DNA of 63,865 nucleotides, from contig JBLMWT010000143.1 in NCBI GenBank assembly GCA_050257375.1, positions 1 through 63,865 of the forward strand. The letters run 5' to 3'. This DNA is from Sphingomonadaceae bacterium (lineage in GTDB: Bacteria; Pseudomonadota; Gammaproteobacteria; Burkholderiales; SG8-39). Both the position numbers and the translations under genes were made by a program. Positions within the stretch are counted from its first letter, which is position 1, and each line of letters starts with the position of its first letter. Shown piece after piece: positions 11,191 through 20,925 of this stretch. The notes under the pieces were generated by a model. The model saw nothing but the letters and a program-made list of their open reading frames with translations, was not told the DNA's origin and made no database searches.

Positions 11191-12300
11191 ATGTCCGATA
11201 TCGCCGCGCTCCACACGCTCAAGCCCGCCGCCGCGCAGCTGCCGGTGGCCTGGTACTTCGATCCGCAAATCTTCGCCCAGGAGAAGAAAGCGGTGTTCGA
11301 GGCGGGCCCGAACTACGTGGGCCACGAGCTCATGGTGCCGAATCCGGGCGATTACTACACGCTGGCCCACCTCGATCACGCCAAGATGCTGGTGAGAAAC
11401 GACTCGGGCGTCGAGCTGCTGTCCAACGTCTGCCGCCACCGCCAGTCGATCATGCTCGAGGGCCGCGGCAACATCGCGAACATCGTCTGTCCGCTGCACC
11501 GTTGGACTTACGATCTGAAAGGCGAGCTGCTCGGGGCGCCGCAGTTCCCCGAGAGTCCCTGCGTGCGCCTGCCCTCGACGGAGCTCGCAAGCTGGAACGG
11601 CCTGCTGTTCGCCGGCCCGCACGACCCGCGTGCCGAGCTCGCGGCGCTGCCGGTCGCAGCCGACTTCGATTTCTCGGGCTACGTGCTCGACAAGGTGGAG
11701 ATCGAGGACTACCCGGTCAACTGGAAGACGTTCCTCGAAATCTATCTGGAGCTGTATCACGTCGAACCGTTCCACCCCGGCCTGTCGAACTTCGCCGATG
11801 TCGGCAACTTCCGGATCGAGTACGGCGAGAACTGGTCGCTGCAGGTGATGGGCGCCAAGGCGGGCCTGCTCAAGCCCGGCACGCCGGTCTACGACACGTG
11901 GCAGCGCGCCTGCCTGGTGCGGCTCGAAGGCCGCACCCCCAAGTACGGCGCCCTGTGGATGACCCTGTACCCGAACGTCATGCTCGAGTGGTACCCGAAT
12001 GTGCTGGTGGTCTCCACGGCCATCCCGCGCTCGCCCACCCTGACCACGAACGTGGTCGAGTTCTATTACCCCGAGGAGATCGCGCTGTTCGAGCGCGAGT
12101 TCGTGGAGGCCGAGCAGGCAGCCTATAGGGAGACCGCTATCGAGGACGGCGTGCTGTGCGCGCGCGTCGATCGCGGCCGCCGCGCGCTGTACGAGCAGGG
12201 CCTGAACGACGCCGGGCCGTATCAGTCGCCGATGGAAGACACGATGGTGCACTTCCACGAGTGGCTGCGCGCGCGCCTGGGTCGACCGGCCGCAGCCTAG
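11191..12300 (+). CDS. Rieske [2Fe-2S] aromatic-ring-hydroxylating oxygenase alpha-subunit-like protein
   Basis: ATG 11191 lies inside ORF 10786..12300. Rieske motif CRHRQ...CPLHRW. Confidence 0.8.
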   Translation: MSDIAALHTLKPAAAQLPVAWYFDPQIFAQEKKAVFEAGPNYVGHELMVPNPGDYYTLAHLDHAKMLVRNDSGVELLSNVCRHRQSIMLEGRGNIANIVCPLHRWTYDLKGELLGAPQFPESPCVRLPSTELASWNGLLFAGPHDPRAELAALPVAADFDFSGYVLDKVEIEDYPVNWKTFLEIYLELYHVEPFHPGLSNFADVGNFRIEYGENWSLQVMGAKAGLLKPGTPVYDTWQRACLVRLEGRTPKYGALWMTLYPNVMLEWYPNVLVVSTAIPRSPTLTTNVVEFYYPEEIALFEREFVEAEQAAYRETAIEDGVLCARVDRGRRALYEQGLNDAGPYQSPMEDTMVHFHEWLRARLGRPAAA

Positions 12301-12301
12301 C

Positions 12302-13144
12302 GTGGCGCGCTCCGCGCTCGTCTCGGCCGCGGAGCTGGCGCGCCACCCCGAGTGGCGCGTGTTCGACTGCCGCCACGACCTCGCCAAGCCCTATCTCGGC
12401 GAGCAGCAGTATGCCCACGCACACATTCCCGGCGCGCTGTTCGCGCACCTCGATCGCGACCTGTCGGGCCGCCCGACCGGGCGGAACGGCCGGCACCCAC
12501 TGCCCGATCCCGCAGCCTTCGCCGCGTGGCTTGGACGGCAGGGCGTGAGTCCGCGCGATCCGGTGATCGCCTACGACGCGAACAACGGCGCCATGGCGTC
12601 GCGCCTGTGGTGGATGCTGCGCTGGATCGGCCACGAAACCGTGGCAGTGCTCGACGGCGGACTCGCCAAGTGGCTCGAGGAAGAGCGTGCAGTCACCGCC
12701 GAAGTGCCCGCTTTCGCCCCCGTGGAATACACCTCCCGCCCGCAGCGCGGCATGCACGCGGACGTCGAATACGTCGAGCAGCGCCTGGGTTCGGCCGGCA
12801 TGCTGCTCGTGGACGCGCGCGCACCAGCCCGATTTCGCGGCGAGTCCGAGCCGATCGATCCGGTCGCGGGGCGCATACCCGGCGCGCTGAACCGCTTCAA
12901 TGGCGACAACCTCACGCCCGATGGCACGTTCAAGGCGCCCGAGGTTCTGAGGAAGGAATTCGGCGCGCTCCTGGGCGATCGCGACCCGGCCGAAGTCGTG
13001 CACTACTGCGGCTCGGGCGTCGCCGCCTGTCACAACCTGCTCGCCATGGAGATCGCCGGGTTCTCAGGCTCGCGCATTTACGCCGGATCCTGGAGCGAGT
13101 GGATCGCCGACGCCCGGCGCCCTCGAGCGAAGGGCCAGGCATAG
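12302..13144 (+). CDS. rhodanese-type sulfurtransferase (3-mercaptopyruvate/thiosulfate)
   Basis: Tandem rhodanese architecture with active-site CGSGVAAC; GTG start. Confidence 0.8.
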   Translation: MARSALVSAAELARHPEWRVFDCRHDLAKPYLGEQQYAHAHIPGALFAHLDRDLSGRPTGRNGRHPLPDPAAFAAWLGRQGVSPRDPVIAYDANNGAMASRLWWMLRWIGHETVAVLDGGLAKWLEEERAVTAEVPAFAPVEYTSRPQRGMHADVEYVEQRLGSAGMLLVDARAPARFRGESEPIDPVAGRIPGALNRFNGDNLTPDGTFKAPEVLRKEFGALLGDRDPAEVVHYCGSGVAACHNLLAMEIAGFSGSRIYAGSWSEWIADARRPRAKGQA

Positions 13145-13509
13145 CCGCCGACGCACTGCTCGTCGCGCATTTCCTCATCGCTGCCTTCGTCACCGGCGGC
13201 CTGCCGCTGATATGGCTCGGTGCCGCGGCGAACTGGCGCTGGGTGCGCAACCCCTGGTTCCGCTATCTTCACCTGGCGGCGATCGGGATCATCGCGCTCG
13301 AAGGGGTCGCCGGTATCGCATGCCCCCTGACGATCTGGGAGGACCTGCTGCGCGGCGGATTGCGGCCGCAGTCCTTCGTCGCGCGCTGGGTGGCGCGATG
13401 GCTCTACTACGACGCGCCCGAGCGGCTGTTCACCGCGCTGTATCTCGCCTGGGCGGCGGCGACGCTCGTCACGCTTCGGCTCGTTCCGCCCAGGCGAAGA
13501 GCTGCCTGA
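13099..13509 (+). CDS. DUF2784-like small membrane protein (start uncertain)
   Basis: LLVAHFLIAAFVTGGLPLIWLG...CPLTIWE pattern. The nearest in-frame canonical start is GTG 13099, which overlaps the preceding gene. Confidence 0.5.
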   Translation: MDRRRPAPSSEGPGIAADALLVAHFLIAAFVTGGLPLIWLGAAANWRWVRNPWFRYLHLAAIGIIALEGVAGIACPLTIWEDLLRGGLRPQSFVARWVARWLYYDAPERLFTALYLAWAAATLVTLRLVPPRRRAA

Positions 13510-14365
13510 AGACCTCTTCGCGCACCTCGGCGCGCGACAGCACGAGGTCGTGCAGCCCGCCGGGGAAGCCGAGCACGGTCACGCGCTGACCGAGCGTGCG
13601 GCTCCAGCGCGCGACCTGCCGCCAGTCGAGCACGATGTCCGCCTCGTCGGAGTGCATGGCGAGCACCGGCAGCTCGAGCGCGAGGCCCGCGTGCACGCGC
13701 GCGTGCGCGTCCGCGATCGCGCCGAGCCAGCCGAAGTAGGCGGGAAACCCCTCGACGGGCTTCAGGCGGAGGTCGAAGTTCCACTCGCCGCCATAGTCCC
13801 GATGCAGGCTCTTCACGTACTGCGGTCGCAGCGCGTGCGGATTGTTGAGGAACGGCCTGCGTCGACCCAGGCCGATCGCCAGGCGCAGCTTGAGCCGGGC
13901 AAGCCCATGGGCGTTGAATTCGAAGAAGGGGCTGTTCAGCCACAGTGCGCGCAGCTGCCCGCGACGCTCGCCGCGCGCCGCATACAGCGAGCAGATCAGA
14001 CCTCCCGTCGAATGCCCGGCGAGCAGCACCGGCTCGCCGATTTCCGCGAGCGCGCGGCTGATCTCGGGATCGTACTCGTCCAGCCGCCTGCAATAGCACG
14101 GGTGCTGGTGCGCCAGCAGGGAGCGGCCGTGCTTGCGCAGGTCGAGCGCGTAGAAGGCATAGCCTTCCTGGGCGAAGCGCAGCGCCATGTGGCGCTGGAA
14201 GAAGTAGTCGACGAAGCCGTGCACGTAGAGCACGGCGCCGCGCGGCGTACGCGCCGCCGGCAGGCGCACCAGCGTCGCCACCACCGCGCCGTCGTAGTCG
14301 GGCGCGAATTCGAGGGTTTTGGCCTCGAAGCCTTCGAGCAGCGCGTCCGGCCGCCAGTCACTCAT
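13469..14365 (-). CDS. alpha/beta hydrolase (lysophospholipase-like)
   Basis: ATG 14365 (MSDWRPDALLEGF...) with GHSTGG nucleophile elbow. Start overlaps the queG stop by 8 nt. Confidence 0.75.
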   Translation of the reverse strand: MSDWRPDALLEGFEAKTLEFAPDYDGAVVATLVRLPAARTPRGAVLYVHGFVDYFFQRHMALRFAQEGYAFYALDLRKHGRSLLAHQHPCYCRRLDEYDPEISRALAEIGEPVLLAGHSTGGLICSLYAARGERRGQLRALWLNSPFFEFNAHGLARLKLRLAIGLGRRRPFLNNPHALRPQYVKSLHRDYGGEWNFDLRLKPVEGFPAYFGWLGAIADAHARVHAGLALELPVLAMHSDEADIVLDWRQVARWSRTLGQRVTVLGFPGGLHDLVLSRAEVREEVFRQLFAWAERAEA

Positions 14366-15398
14366 GGCGCGACAACGCCCAGGCGACGTGCTCGCGCACG
14401 AGCGCCGAGGAATGGTCGGCGCGCGCGCGCAGCGCGGCGAGCACCTCCGGCGAGCCCGGGGCATTGCCCAGGCCGACGGCCAGGTTGCGCAACCAGCGCT
14501 CGTAGCCGATGCGCCGGATCGCCGAGCCGCGCATGCGCACGTCGAACTCCTGCTCGCTCCAGGCGAAGAGTTCGACCAGCGTTGCCCGGTCGAGCCCGTT
14601 GCGCACGCGGAAGTCGTCCTCCCGCGAAATCCTGGCGAATCCGTTCCAGGGGCACACCAGCTGACAATCGTCGCAACCGTACACGCGATTACCGATGAGC
14701 GGGCGCAGCTCGGGCGGGATCGCACCCTTCAGCTCGATCGTCAGATACGAGATGCAGCGCCGCGCGTCCAGGCGATACGGCGCGCGGATCGCCTGGGTCG
14801 GGCAGATATCCAGGCACTTCGTGCAACGGCCGCAGTGCTCCGTGGCCGGCGCGTCGATAGGAAGGGGCAGATCGCAGTAGATCTCGCCGAGGAAGAACCA
14901 GGAGCCCGCATCGCGCGAAAGCAGCAGCGTGTGCTTCCCCCGCCAGCCGATGCCCGCGCGCGTCGCGAGCTCGACCTCCATCACCGGCGCGGAGTCGGCA
15001 AACACACGGTAACGGAAGTCACCGGCCTCCACGCGCATGCGATCGGCCAGCCGCTGCAGGCGCGTACGCAACAGCTTGTGATAGTCGCGCCCGCGCGCAT
15101 AGCGCGCCACGTACGCGCGTCGTCCTTCCGCGAGCGCAGGCCACTCGTCTTCGAGCGCATCCGCGTAGTCCATGCGACAGCTGATGACGCGCTGCGTCCC
15201 GGGCACGAGCTCGGCCGGCCGCGCGCGGAGCCCGGCGTGACGGGCCATATAATCCATCTCGCCGTGCCACCCGGCCGCGAGCCATTCGGCGAGCCGGCCC
15301 TCGGCCAGCGCCAGGTCGGCATCCGCGATGCCGACGGCCTGAAAGCCGAGTTCGCTACCCCACTGCTTGATGCGCGCGCCAAGCGCCTGGTAGTCCAT
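14358..15398 (-). CDS. queG: tRNA epoxyqueuosine(34) reductase
   Basis: 346 aa with 4Fe-4S motif CGRCTKCLDICP and C-terminal HEAT-like region. Confidence 0.9.
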   Translation of the reverse strand: MDYQALGARIKQWGSELGFQAVGIADADLALAEGRLAEWLAAGWHGEMDYMARHAGLRARPAELVPGTQRVISCRMDYADALEDEWPALAEGRRAYVARYARGRDYHKLLRTRLQRLADRMRVEAGDFRYRVFADSAPVMEVELATRAGIGWRGKHTLLLSRDAGSWFFLGEIYCDLPLPIDAPATEHCGRCTKCLDICPTQAIRAPYRLDARRCISYLTIELKGAIPPELRPLIGNRVYGCDDCQLVCPWNGFARISREDDFRVRNGLDRATLVELFAWSEQEFDVRMRGSAIRRIGYERWLRNLAVGLGNAPGSPEVLAALRARADHSSALVREHVAWALSRHE

Positions 15399-15882
15399 GA
15401 CCCCGATGATGACCGAAGAGCTTGCCCTGCCGGACGCGGCGGCGACCCGCCGCCTGGGTGCGGCGCTGGCCGAGGGGATCGCGCCGGGGCGGGTGCTCTT
15501 CCTTCACGGCGACCTCGGAGCAGGAAAAACGACGCTCGTTCAAGGACTTCTGAGAGCGTTGGGCTTTCCGGGACGGGTCAAGAGCCCGACCTATTCCCTG
15601 GTTGAACTTTATGAGCTTTCGAGCTTAAACTTGTATCACTTTGATTTCTATCGATTCACTGATCGATCGGAATGGGAAGCTTCGGGATTTCGGGAATATT
15701 TCACGGCTGCGACCGCGTGCATCATCGAATGGCCGGAGCGGGCGAGCGGTCTGCTCGCCCCCCCGGACCTCGAGGTGCGCCTCGCGTTTGCCGGCAGCGG
15801 GCGCAGCGCACGCCTCGCGCCGCACTCGGCACCCGGACGCGATTGGCTCGTCGCTGCGTTGAGGCGCTGGTCGCAGGGCTGA
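15397..15882 (+). CDS. tsaE: tRNA t6A37 biosynthesis ATPase TsaE
   Basis: P-loop GDLGAGKTT, SPTYSLV and HFDFYR motifs. Confidence 0.9.
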   Translation: MTPMMTEELALPDAAATRRLGAALAEGIAPGRVLFLHGDLGAGKTTLVQGLLRALGFPGRVKSPTYSLVELYELSSLNLYHFDFYRFTDRSEWEASGFREYFTAATACIIEWPERASGLLAPPDLEVRLAFAGSGRSARLAPHSAPGRDWLVAALRRWSQG

Positions 15883-17060
15883 GCGCGCTCGCGCTGCAGT
15901 GCTCGGCCTCGCAGGCGATCGCGGCGGGCGAGACCTCCGTCTCCTCGGCCCGCATCTGGCCGGCGCGCGACTACACGCGCCTCACGCTGGAATCCAAGGC
16001 TCCGCTCAAGTTCCACTTGTTCAGCCTCCCGCACCCGGATCGCCTGGTGCTCGACCTGCAGGGCGTCGAGCCCGGCGACGCGCTGAGCGGCCTGGAGGGC
16101 AAGGTCAGCAGCGACGACCCGTACATCGGAAAACTGCGCGTCGCTCGCAACCGTCCGGGCGTCGTGCGCCTGGTGCTCGATCTCAAGACCGCGGTCAAAC
16201 CGCAAGTGTTCGCGCTCAAGCCGGCCGGGGACTACGGCTACCGGCTGGTGCTCGACATCTATCCGCGCGTGGCGGAAGACCCGCTGCTCACGCTGATCGA
16301 ATCGGACGGCAAGACGACGCCGGCCTACAAGGAGGGCGCGGTGTCGCGCCTGGCGACCATCGTGATCGACCCCGGCCACGGCGGCGAAGATCCCGGCGCG
16401 AGGGGACGCCACGGCACCTATGAGAAGAACGTGACCCTGATGATCGCGCGCCGCCTGAAGAAGCTGGTCGATGCCGAGCCAGGCATGCGCGCCGTGCTGA
16501 CGCGCGACGGCGACTATTACCTATCGCTCGCCGCGCGTGTGGAGAAGGCGCGGCGCGTGAAAGCCGATCTGTTCGTGTCGATCCACGCCGATGCCTTCGT
16601 GCAGCCGTACGCGCGCGGCTCGTCGGTGTTCGCGCTTTCCGAGCGGCGCGCGACCTCCGAGGCGGCGCGCTGGCTCGCCAAGAGCGAGAACGACGCCGAC
16701 CTCATCGGCGGCGTCAACCTCGACGTCAAGGACCGCTATCTTGCCAGGACGCTGCTCGACCTGTCGCAGACCGCCACGATCGACTACAGCCTGAAGCTCG
16801 GCCAGTCGGTGCTATCCGAGCTCGGGCGCGTCAACACGTTGCACAGGGGGCATGTCGAGCAGGCGAGCTTCGCCGTGCTCAAGGCGCCGGACGTTCCCTC
16901 GATCCTGGTCGAGACGGCGTTCATCTCAAATCCCAAGGAAGAGAAGCGGCTGAACGACGACGCCTACCAGGACCGCCTGGCGCACGCCATCCTGGCCGGC
17001 ATCAAGCGCTACCTCGCCAAGCACCCGCCGCAGCCGCAATCACCGCTGGCGCTCAAATGA
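15843..17060 (+). CDS. amiC: N-acetylmuramoyl-L-alanine amidase (AmiC/AmiB type)
   Basis: Amidase_3 motif IVIDPGHGGEDPGA preceded by an AMIN-like domain. Likely TTG 15843 start gives a Tat-like leader ARRCVEALVAGLSALALQCSASQAIA. Exact start uncertain. Confidence 0.85.
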   Translation: MARRCVEALVAGLSALALQCSASQAIAAGETSVSSARIWPARDYTRLTLESKAPLKFHLFSLPHPDRLVLDLQGVEPGDALSGLEGKVSSDDPYIGKLRVARNRPGVVRLVLDLKTAVKPQVFALKPAGDYGYRLVLDIYPRVAEDPLLTLIESDGKTTPAYKEGAVSRLATIVIDPGHGGEDPGARGRHGTYEKNVTLMIARRLKKLVDAEPGMRAVLTRDGDYYLSLAARVEKARRVKADLFVSIHADAFVQPYARGSSVFALSERRATSEAARWLAKSENDADLIGGVNLDVKDRYLARTLLDLSQTATIDYSLKLGQSVLSELGRVNTLHRGHVEQASFAVLKAPDVPSILVETAFISNPKEEKRLNDDAYQDRLAHAILAGIKRYLAKHPPQPQSPLALK

Positions 17061-17687
17061 CACCCTGCGCAGAGCCGCGAAGACGAGCGGCACGAGTGAG
17101 AAGGCGATCACGCCCAGGATCGCCAGCGTGAGGTTATCGCGCACCACCGGTAAGTTGCCGAAGAAATAGCCTGCGGCGACCAGCGAGATCACCCAGAGCA
17201 ACGCGCCACCGATGCTGAAGGCGAGGAAGCGCGCATAGCGCATGCGCCCCACGCCGGCCACGAACGGCACGTAGGTGCGTACGATCGGCAAGAAACGCGC
17301 GATCACCACGGCCTTGCCGCCGTGGCGCTCGTAAAAGGCCTCGGTATAGGCGAGGTGACGGCGGTTGAACCAGCGTGCATCGGGCGCCCCGAACACGCGC
17401 GGTCCCAGCCAGCGCCCGATCCAGTAGTTGACGTTGTCGCCGCACAGCGCGGCGCACACGAGCGTACCGGCGGCGATCTGGGGCGACATGCCGCCGGTTG
17501 CAGCCAGCGCGCCGACCACGAACAGCAGCGAGTCGCCGGGCAGGAACGGCGTCACGACCAGGCCGGTTTCGCAGAACACGATCACGAACAGCAGCGCATA
17601 GACCCAGGGGCCGTACGCGGCGAGGAACCCGGCGAGATGCTGGTCGAGATGCAGCGCGATATCCCACAGCGAGCCGAGCCATTCCAT
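17040..17687 (-). CDS. DedA family (VTT domain) inner-membrane protein
   Basis: 215 aa, multi-TM; ...FCETGLVVTPFLPGDSLLF... is typical DedA. Confidence 0.85.
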   Translation of the reverse strand: MEWLGSLWDIALHLDQHLAGFLAAYGPWVYALLFVIVFCETGLVVTPFLPGDSLLFVVGALAATGGMSPQIAAGTLVCAALCGDNVNYWIGRWLGPRVFGAPDARWFNRRHLAYTEAFYERHGGKAVVIARFLPIVRTYVPFVAGVGRMRYARFLAFSIGGALLWVISLVAAGYFFGNLPVVRDNLTLAILGVIAFSLVPLVFAALRRVSFERQR

Positions 17688-17713
17688 GGCGCAATTGTAC
17701 CGGGAGCAACGCG

Positions 17714-17719
17714 TATAAT
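17714..17719 (+). promoter_or_regulatory. candidate -10 box (TATAAT) upstream of the ybaK-like/mutL/miaA genes
   Basis: Perfect TATAAT 22 nt before ATG 17742 in the divergent dedA/ybaK-like spacer. No convincing -35 at 17-bp spacing. Confidence 0.3.
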
Positions 17720-17741
17720 TTGCCGCTTTCCGCGTTCCGTC

Positions 17742-18242
17742 ATGGCCGGCTCAGCACTTCTTTCCCCGAGCGTCGAGCGTGTGCGCGCGGCCCTCGCCCA
17801 GGCTGGACACGATGCGCACATCGTCGAGCTGTCGGGCGCGGCGCGCACCGCCCAGGAGGCCGCGCGCCATCTGGGCTGCGCGCTCGGACAGATCGCGAAC
17901 TCGCTGGTATTCCGCTGCGCGCGCTCGGGCGAGCCCCTGCTCGTCATGGCGAGCGGCGCGAACCGCGTCGACATCGCGCGGCTCGAGGCGCTCGTCGGCG
18001 AGCCGATCGGCAAAGCGGACGCCGCGTTCGTGCGCGAGCGTACCGGCTTCGCGATCGGCGGCGTCGCGCCGCTCGGCCATCCGCAGCGCCTGCGCACTCT
18101 GATCGACCGCGACCTCGCCGCGCAGGGCACGATCTGGGCCGCGGCGGGACACCCGCACACCGTATTCCGGCTGGATTTCGACGCGCTCGTACGCCTGACC
18201 GGCGGCGCGCCCGCCGAGGTCGCGCTGCGTCCAGCGTCGTGA
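17742..18242 (+). CDS. YbaK/EbsC-family aminoacyl-tRNA deacylase domain protein
   Basis: ATG 17742 lies inside ORF 17322..18242. IANSLVF...[12 protein letters not shown] pattern of the YbaK/ProX domain. Confidence 0.75.
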   Translation: MAGSALLSPSVERVRAALAQAGHDAHIVELSGAARTAQEAARHLGCALGQIANSLVFRCARSGEPLLVMASGANRVDIARLEALVGEPIGKADAAFVRERTGFAIGGVAPLGHPQRLRTLIDRDLAAQGTIWAAAGHPHTVFRLDFDALVRLTGGAPAEVALRPAS

Positions 18243-19960
18243 GTTCGATCCGCGTCCTGCCGGAGCTGCTGATCAGCCAGATCGCCGCGGGCGAGGTGGT
18301 CGAGCGGCCCGCCTCGGTGCTCAAGGAGCTCATCGAGAACGCGCTCGACGCGGGTGCGCGCGAGATCGGGGTGACCCTCGACGAGGGCGGCGTGCGCCGC
18401 GTGCAGGTCGAGGACGACGGCGTGGGCATCGGGCGCGAGGACCTCGCGCTGGCGCTCGCGCGCCACGCGACCAGCAAGATCGCTTCGCTCGAGGACCTCG
18501 AGGCGGTCGCCTCGCTCGGCTTTCGCGGCGAAGCGCTCGCCTCGATCGCGGCGGTCGCGCGCATCGAGCTCACCTCGCGCGAGAGGGCCGCGCCGCACGC
18601 CTACAGCGTGCGCGCCGAAGGGGGCGATGCGGATCGGCCGGCGCCCTCGGCGCGCGCGCCGGGCACCACGGTGACGGTGGGCGACCTGTATTTCAATACG
18701 CCCGCGCGGCGCAAGTTCCTGCGCACCGCGGCCACCGAATTCGGCCACTGCGAAGACGTGTTCCGCCGCGCGGCGCTCGCCCGCCCGGAGCTCGGGTGGT
18801 CGCTCAGGCACAACTCCCGGGCCAGCGCGCGGCTCAAGCCGCAGCCTCTCGCCGAGCGCGCGGCGACGCTGCTGGGGCGCGATTTCGCCGACAGCGCCCT
18901 CGCCGTCGAGGCGCAGGCGGGCGGACTGCGCCTGACCGGCCTGGCGGGCAGCCCGCAGGCCGCGCGCAGCCGGGCGGATGCGCAGTATTTCTACGTCAAT
19001 GGCCGCTACGTGCGCGACCGCCTGCTCGCGCACGCGGCGCGCGAGGCCTGGGCCGAGCTGCTGCATGGCGAGCGCCAACCCGCCTACGTGCTGTTCCTCG
19101 AGCTCGATCCGCGCGGAGTGGACGTGAACGTGCATCCCGCCAAGACCGAAGTGCGTTTTCGCGACGCGCGTGCGGTGCACCAGTTCGTCCTGCATGCGCT
19201 CAAGCGCGCGCTCTCGCCTTCCGCCGCGGCGGCGCCGGTTGCGTACGCTGCGCTGGCGCCGACGCCCGCGTCCCCCGTGCAGGCCGCGCTCGGCATCGAG
19301 CAGCCGGGGGCCGCGTACCAGTCGTTCGTCGCGGCCGCCGCACGGTCCGAGCCGCTCGCCGCCGTACCCCACGAGGCGCCGCCGCTCGGCTATGCGCTCG
19401 CGCAGCTGCACGGCGTCTACATCCTGGCGCAGAACGAAGCGGGCCTCGTGCTCGTCGACATGCACGCCGCGCACGAGCGCATCGTATTCGAGCGCCTGCG
19501 GCGCTCGCTCGAGGCGGGCGCGGTGCAACGCCAGGCGTTGCTCGTTCCGAGCGTATTTCGCGCCGAAGCGCTGGAAGTCGCGACCGCGGAGGAGAATGGC
19601 CCGGCGCTCGAGCAGCTCGGCCTGGAAATCAGCGCCGCGGGACCGAGCGAGCTGGCGGTGCGCGCAGCGCCCGCCGCACTGGCGGCGGGCGACGTCGCGG
19701 CACTGGCGCGCAGCGTGCTCGCCGAATTGCGCGAGTACGGCGCCGCGCAGGCGCTCGCCGCGCGGCGCGACGAGCTGCTCGCCGGCATGGCCTGTCACGC
19801 CGCCGTGCGCGCGAACCGCGCGCTCAGCCTTCCGGAGATGAACGCGCTGCTGCGCGAAATGGAAGCCACCGAGCGCTCCGGAAGCTGCAACCACGGTCGG
19901 CCGACCTGGTACCAGCTCACGCTCTCCGACCTGGACAGGCTCTTCCTGCGAGGGCGCTAG
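18239..19960 (+). CDS. mutL: DNA mismatch repair endonuclease MutL
   Basis: GTG 18239 overlaps the upstream stop. [37 protein letters not shown] is the GHKL N-terminus; C-terminal dimerisation region present. Confidence 0.9.
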   Translation: MSSIRVLPELLISQIAAGEVVERPASVLKELIENALDAGAREIGVTLDEGGVRRVQVEDDGVGIGREDLALALARHATSKIASLEDLEAVASLGFRGEALASIAAVARIELTSRERAAPHAYSVRAEGGDADRPAPSARAPGTTVTVGDLYFNTPARRKFLRTAATEFGHCEDVFRRAALARPELGWSLRHNSRASARLKPQPLAERAATLLGRDFADSALAVEAQAGGLRLTGLAGSPQAARSRADAQYFYVNGRYVRDRLLAHAAREAWAELLHGERQPAYVLFLELDPRGVDVNVHPAKTEVRFRDARAVHQFVLHALKRALSPSAAAAPVAYAALAPTPASPVQAALGIEQPGAAYQSFVAAAARSEPLAAVPHEAPPLGYALAQLHGVYILAQNEAGLVLVDMHAAHERIVFERLRRSLEAGAVQRQALLVPSVFRAEALEVATAEENGPALEQLGLEISAAGPSELAVRAAPAALAAGDVAALARSVLAELREYGAAQALAARRDELLAGMACHAAVRANRALSLPEMNALLREMEATERSGSCNHGRPTWYQLTLSDLDRLFLRGR

Positions 19961-20895
19961 TGGCGCCGGTCGCGCTCGCCCTCCTCGGGCCGACCGCGAG
20001 CGGCAAGTCGGCGCTGGCGATGCGCCTGGCGGCGCGCCTGCCCGTCGAAATCGTGAGCGTGGACTCCGCGCAGGTCTACCGCGGCATGGACATCGGCACG
20101 GCCAAGCCCTCGCCCGCCGAGCGCGCGCAGGTGCCGCACCATTTGATCGACCTGGTCGATCCCACCGAGAGCTACTCCGCAGGGCGCTTCCGCGCCGACG
20201 CGATCGCCGCCGTGCAGGGCATTCTCGCGCGCGGCCGCGCGCCGCTGCTGGTCGGCGGCACGATGCTCTACTACCGGGCGCTCGCGCAGGGCATCGACGC
20301 GTTGCCCGCCGCCGATCCCGCGCTGCGGGCGGCGATCGACGCGGAGGCGCGGGCGCGGGGCTGGCCCGCCCTGCACGCCGAGCTCGCGCGCCTCGATCCG
20401 GTGACGGCGCGGCGCCTCAAGCCGACCGACGCGCAGCGCATCCAGCGCGCGCTCGAAGTCTGCCGCGCGACCGGTCGCGCGCTCTCGGCGCTGCATAGCG
20501 CACCGCGCGCCGCGCCGCCTTTCCGCCTGGCCGCGCTGGCCTTGATGCCGCACGAACGCGTGCGCCTGCACGAGCGCATCGCCGAGCGCTTCGAGCGCAT
20601 GCTCGCGGCGGGGCTGGTCGACGAGCTGTGCGCGCTGCGCGCGCGCTTCACGCTCACCGCCGCGCTGCCCAGCATGCGCTGCGTCGGCTACCGGCAGGCC
20701 TGGGCCTTCCTCGACGGGGCTTGCGACCGCGAGGCGCTGCGCGAGACGGGAATCGCGGCGACGCGCCAGCTCGCCAAGCGCCAACTCACCTGGCTGCGTG
20801 CCATGCGTCTCAACGCGGCGATCGATCCTTTCGCGCCCGACGCCGCGCGGCGCTTCGACGAGACCGCCGACCGCCTGCTGCGCGCGCCCGGCTAG
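19960..20895 (+). CDS. miaA: tRNA dimethylallyltransferase
   Basis: GTG 19960 overlaps the mutL stop by 1 nt. P-loop GPTASGKS and [17 protein letters not shown]. Confidence 0.9.
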   Translation: MAPVALALLGPTASGKSALAMRLAARLPVEIVSVDSAQVYRGMDIGTAKPSPAERAQVPHHLIDLVDPTESYSAGRFRADAIAAVQGILARGRAPLLVGGTMLYYRALAQGIDALPAADPALRAAIDAEARARGWPALHAELARLDPVTARRLKPTDAQRIQRALEVCRATGRALSALHSAPRAAPPFRLAALALMPHERVRLHERIAERFERMLAAGLVDELCALRARFTLTAALPSMRCVGYRQAWAFLDGACDREALRETGIAATRQLAKRQLTWLRAMRLNAAIDPFAPDAARRFDETADRLLRAPG

Positions 20896-20925
20896 AATTG
20901 AACGCTGCAGTTTCGGGAGACAGCC

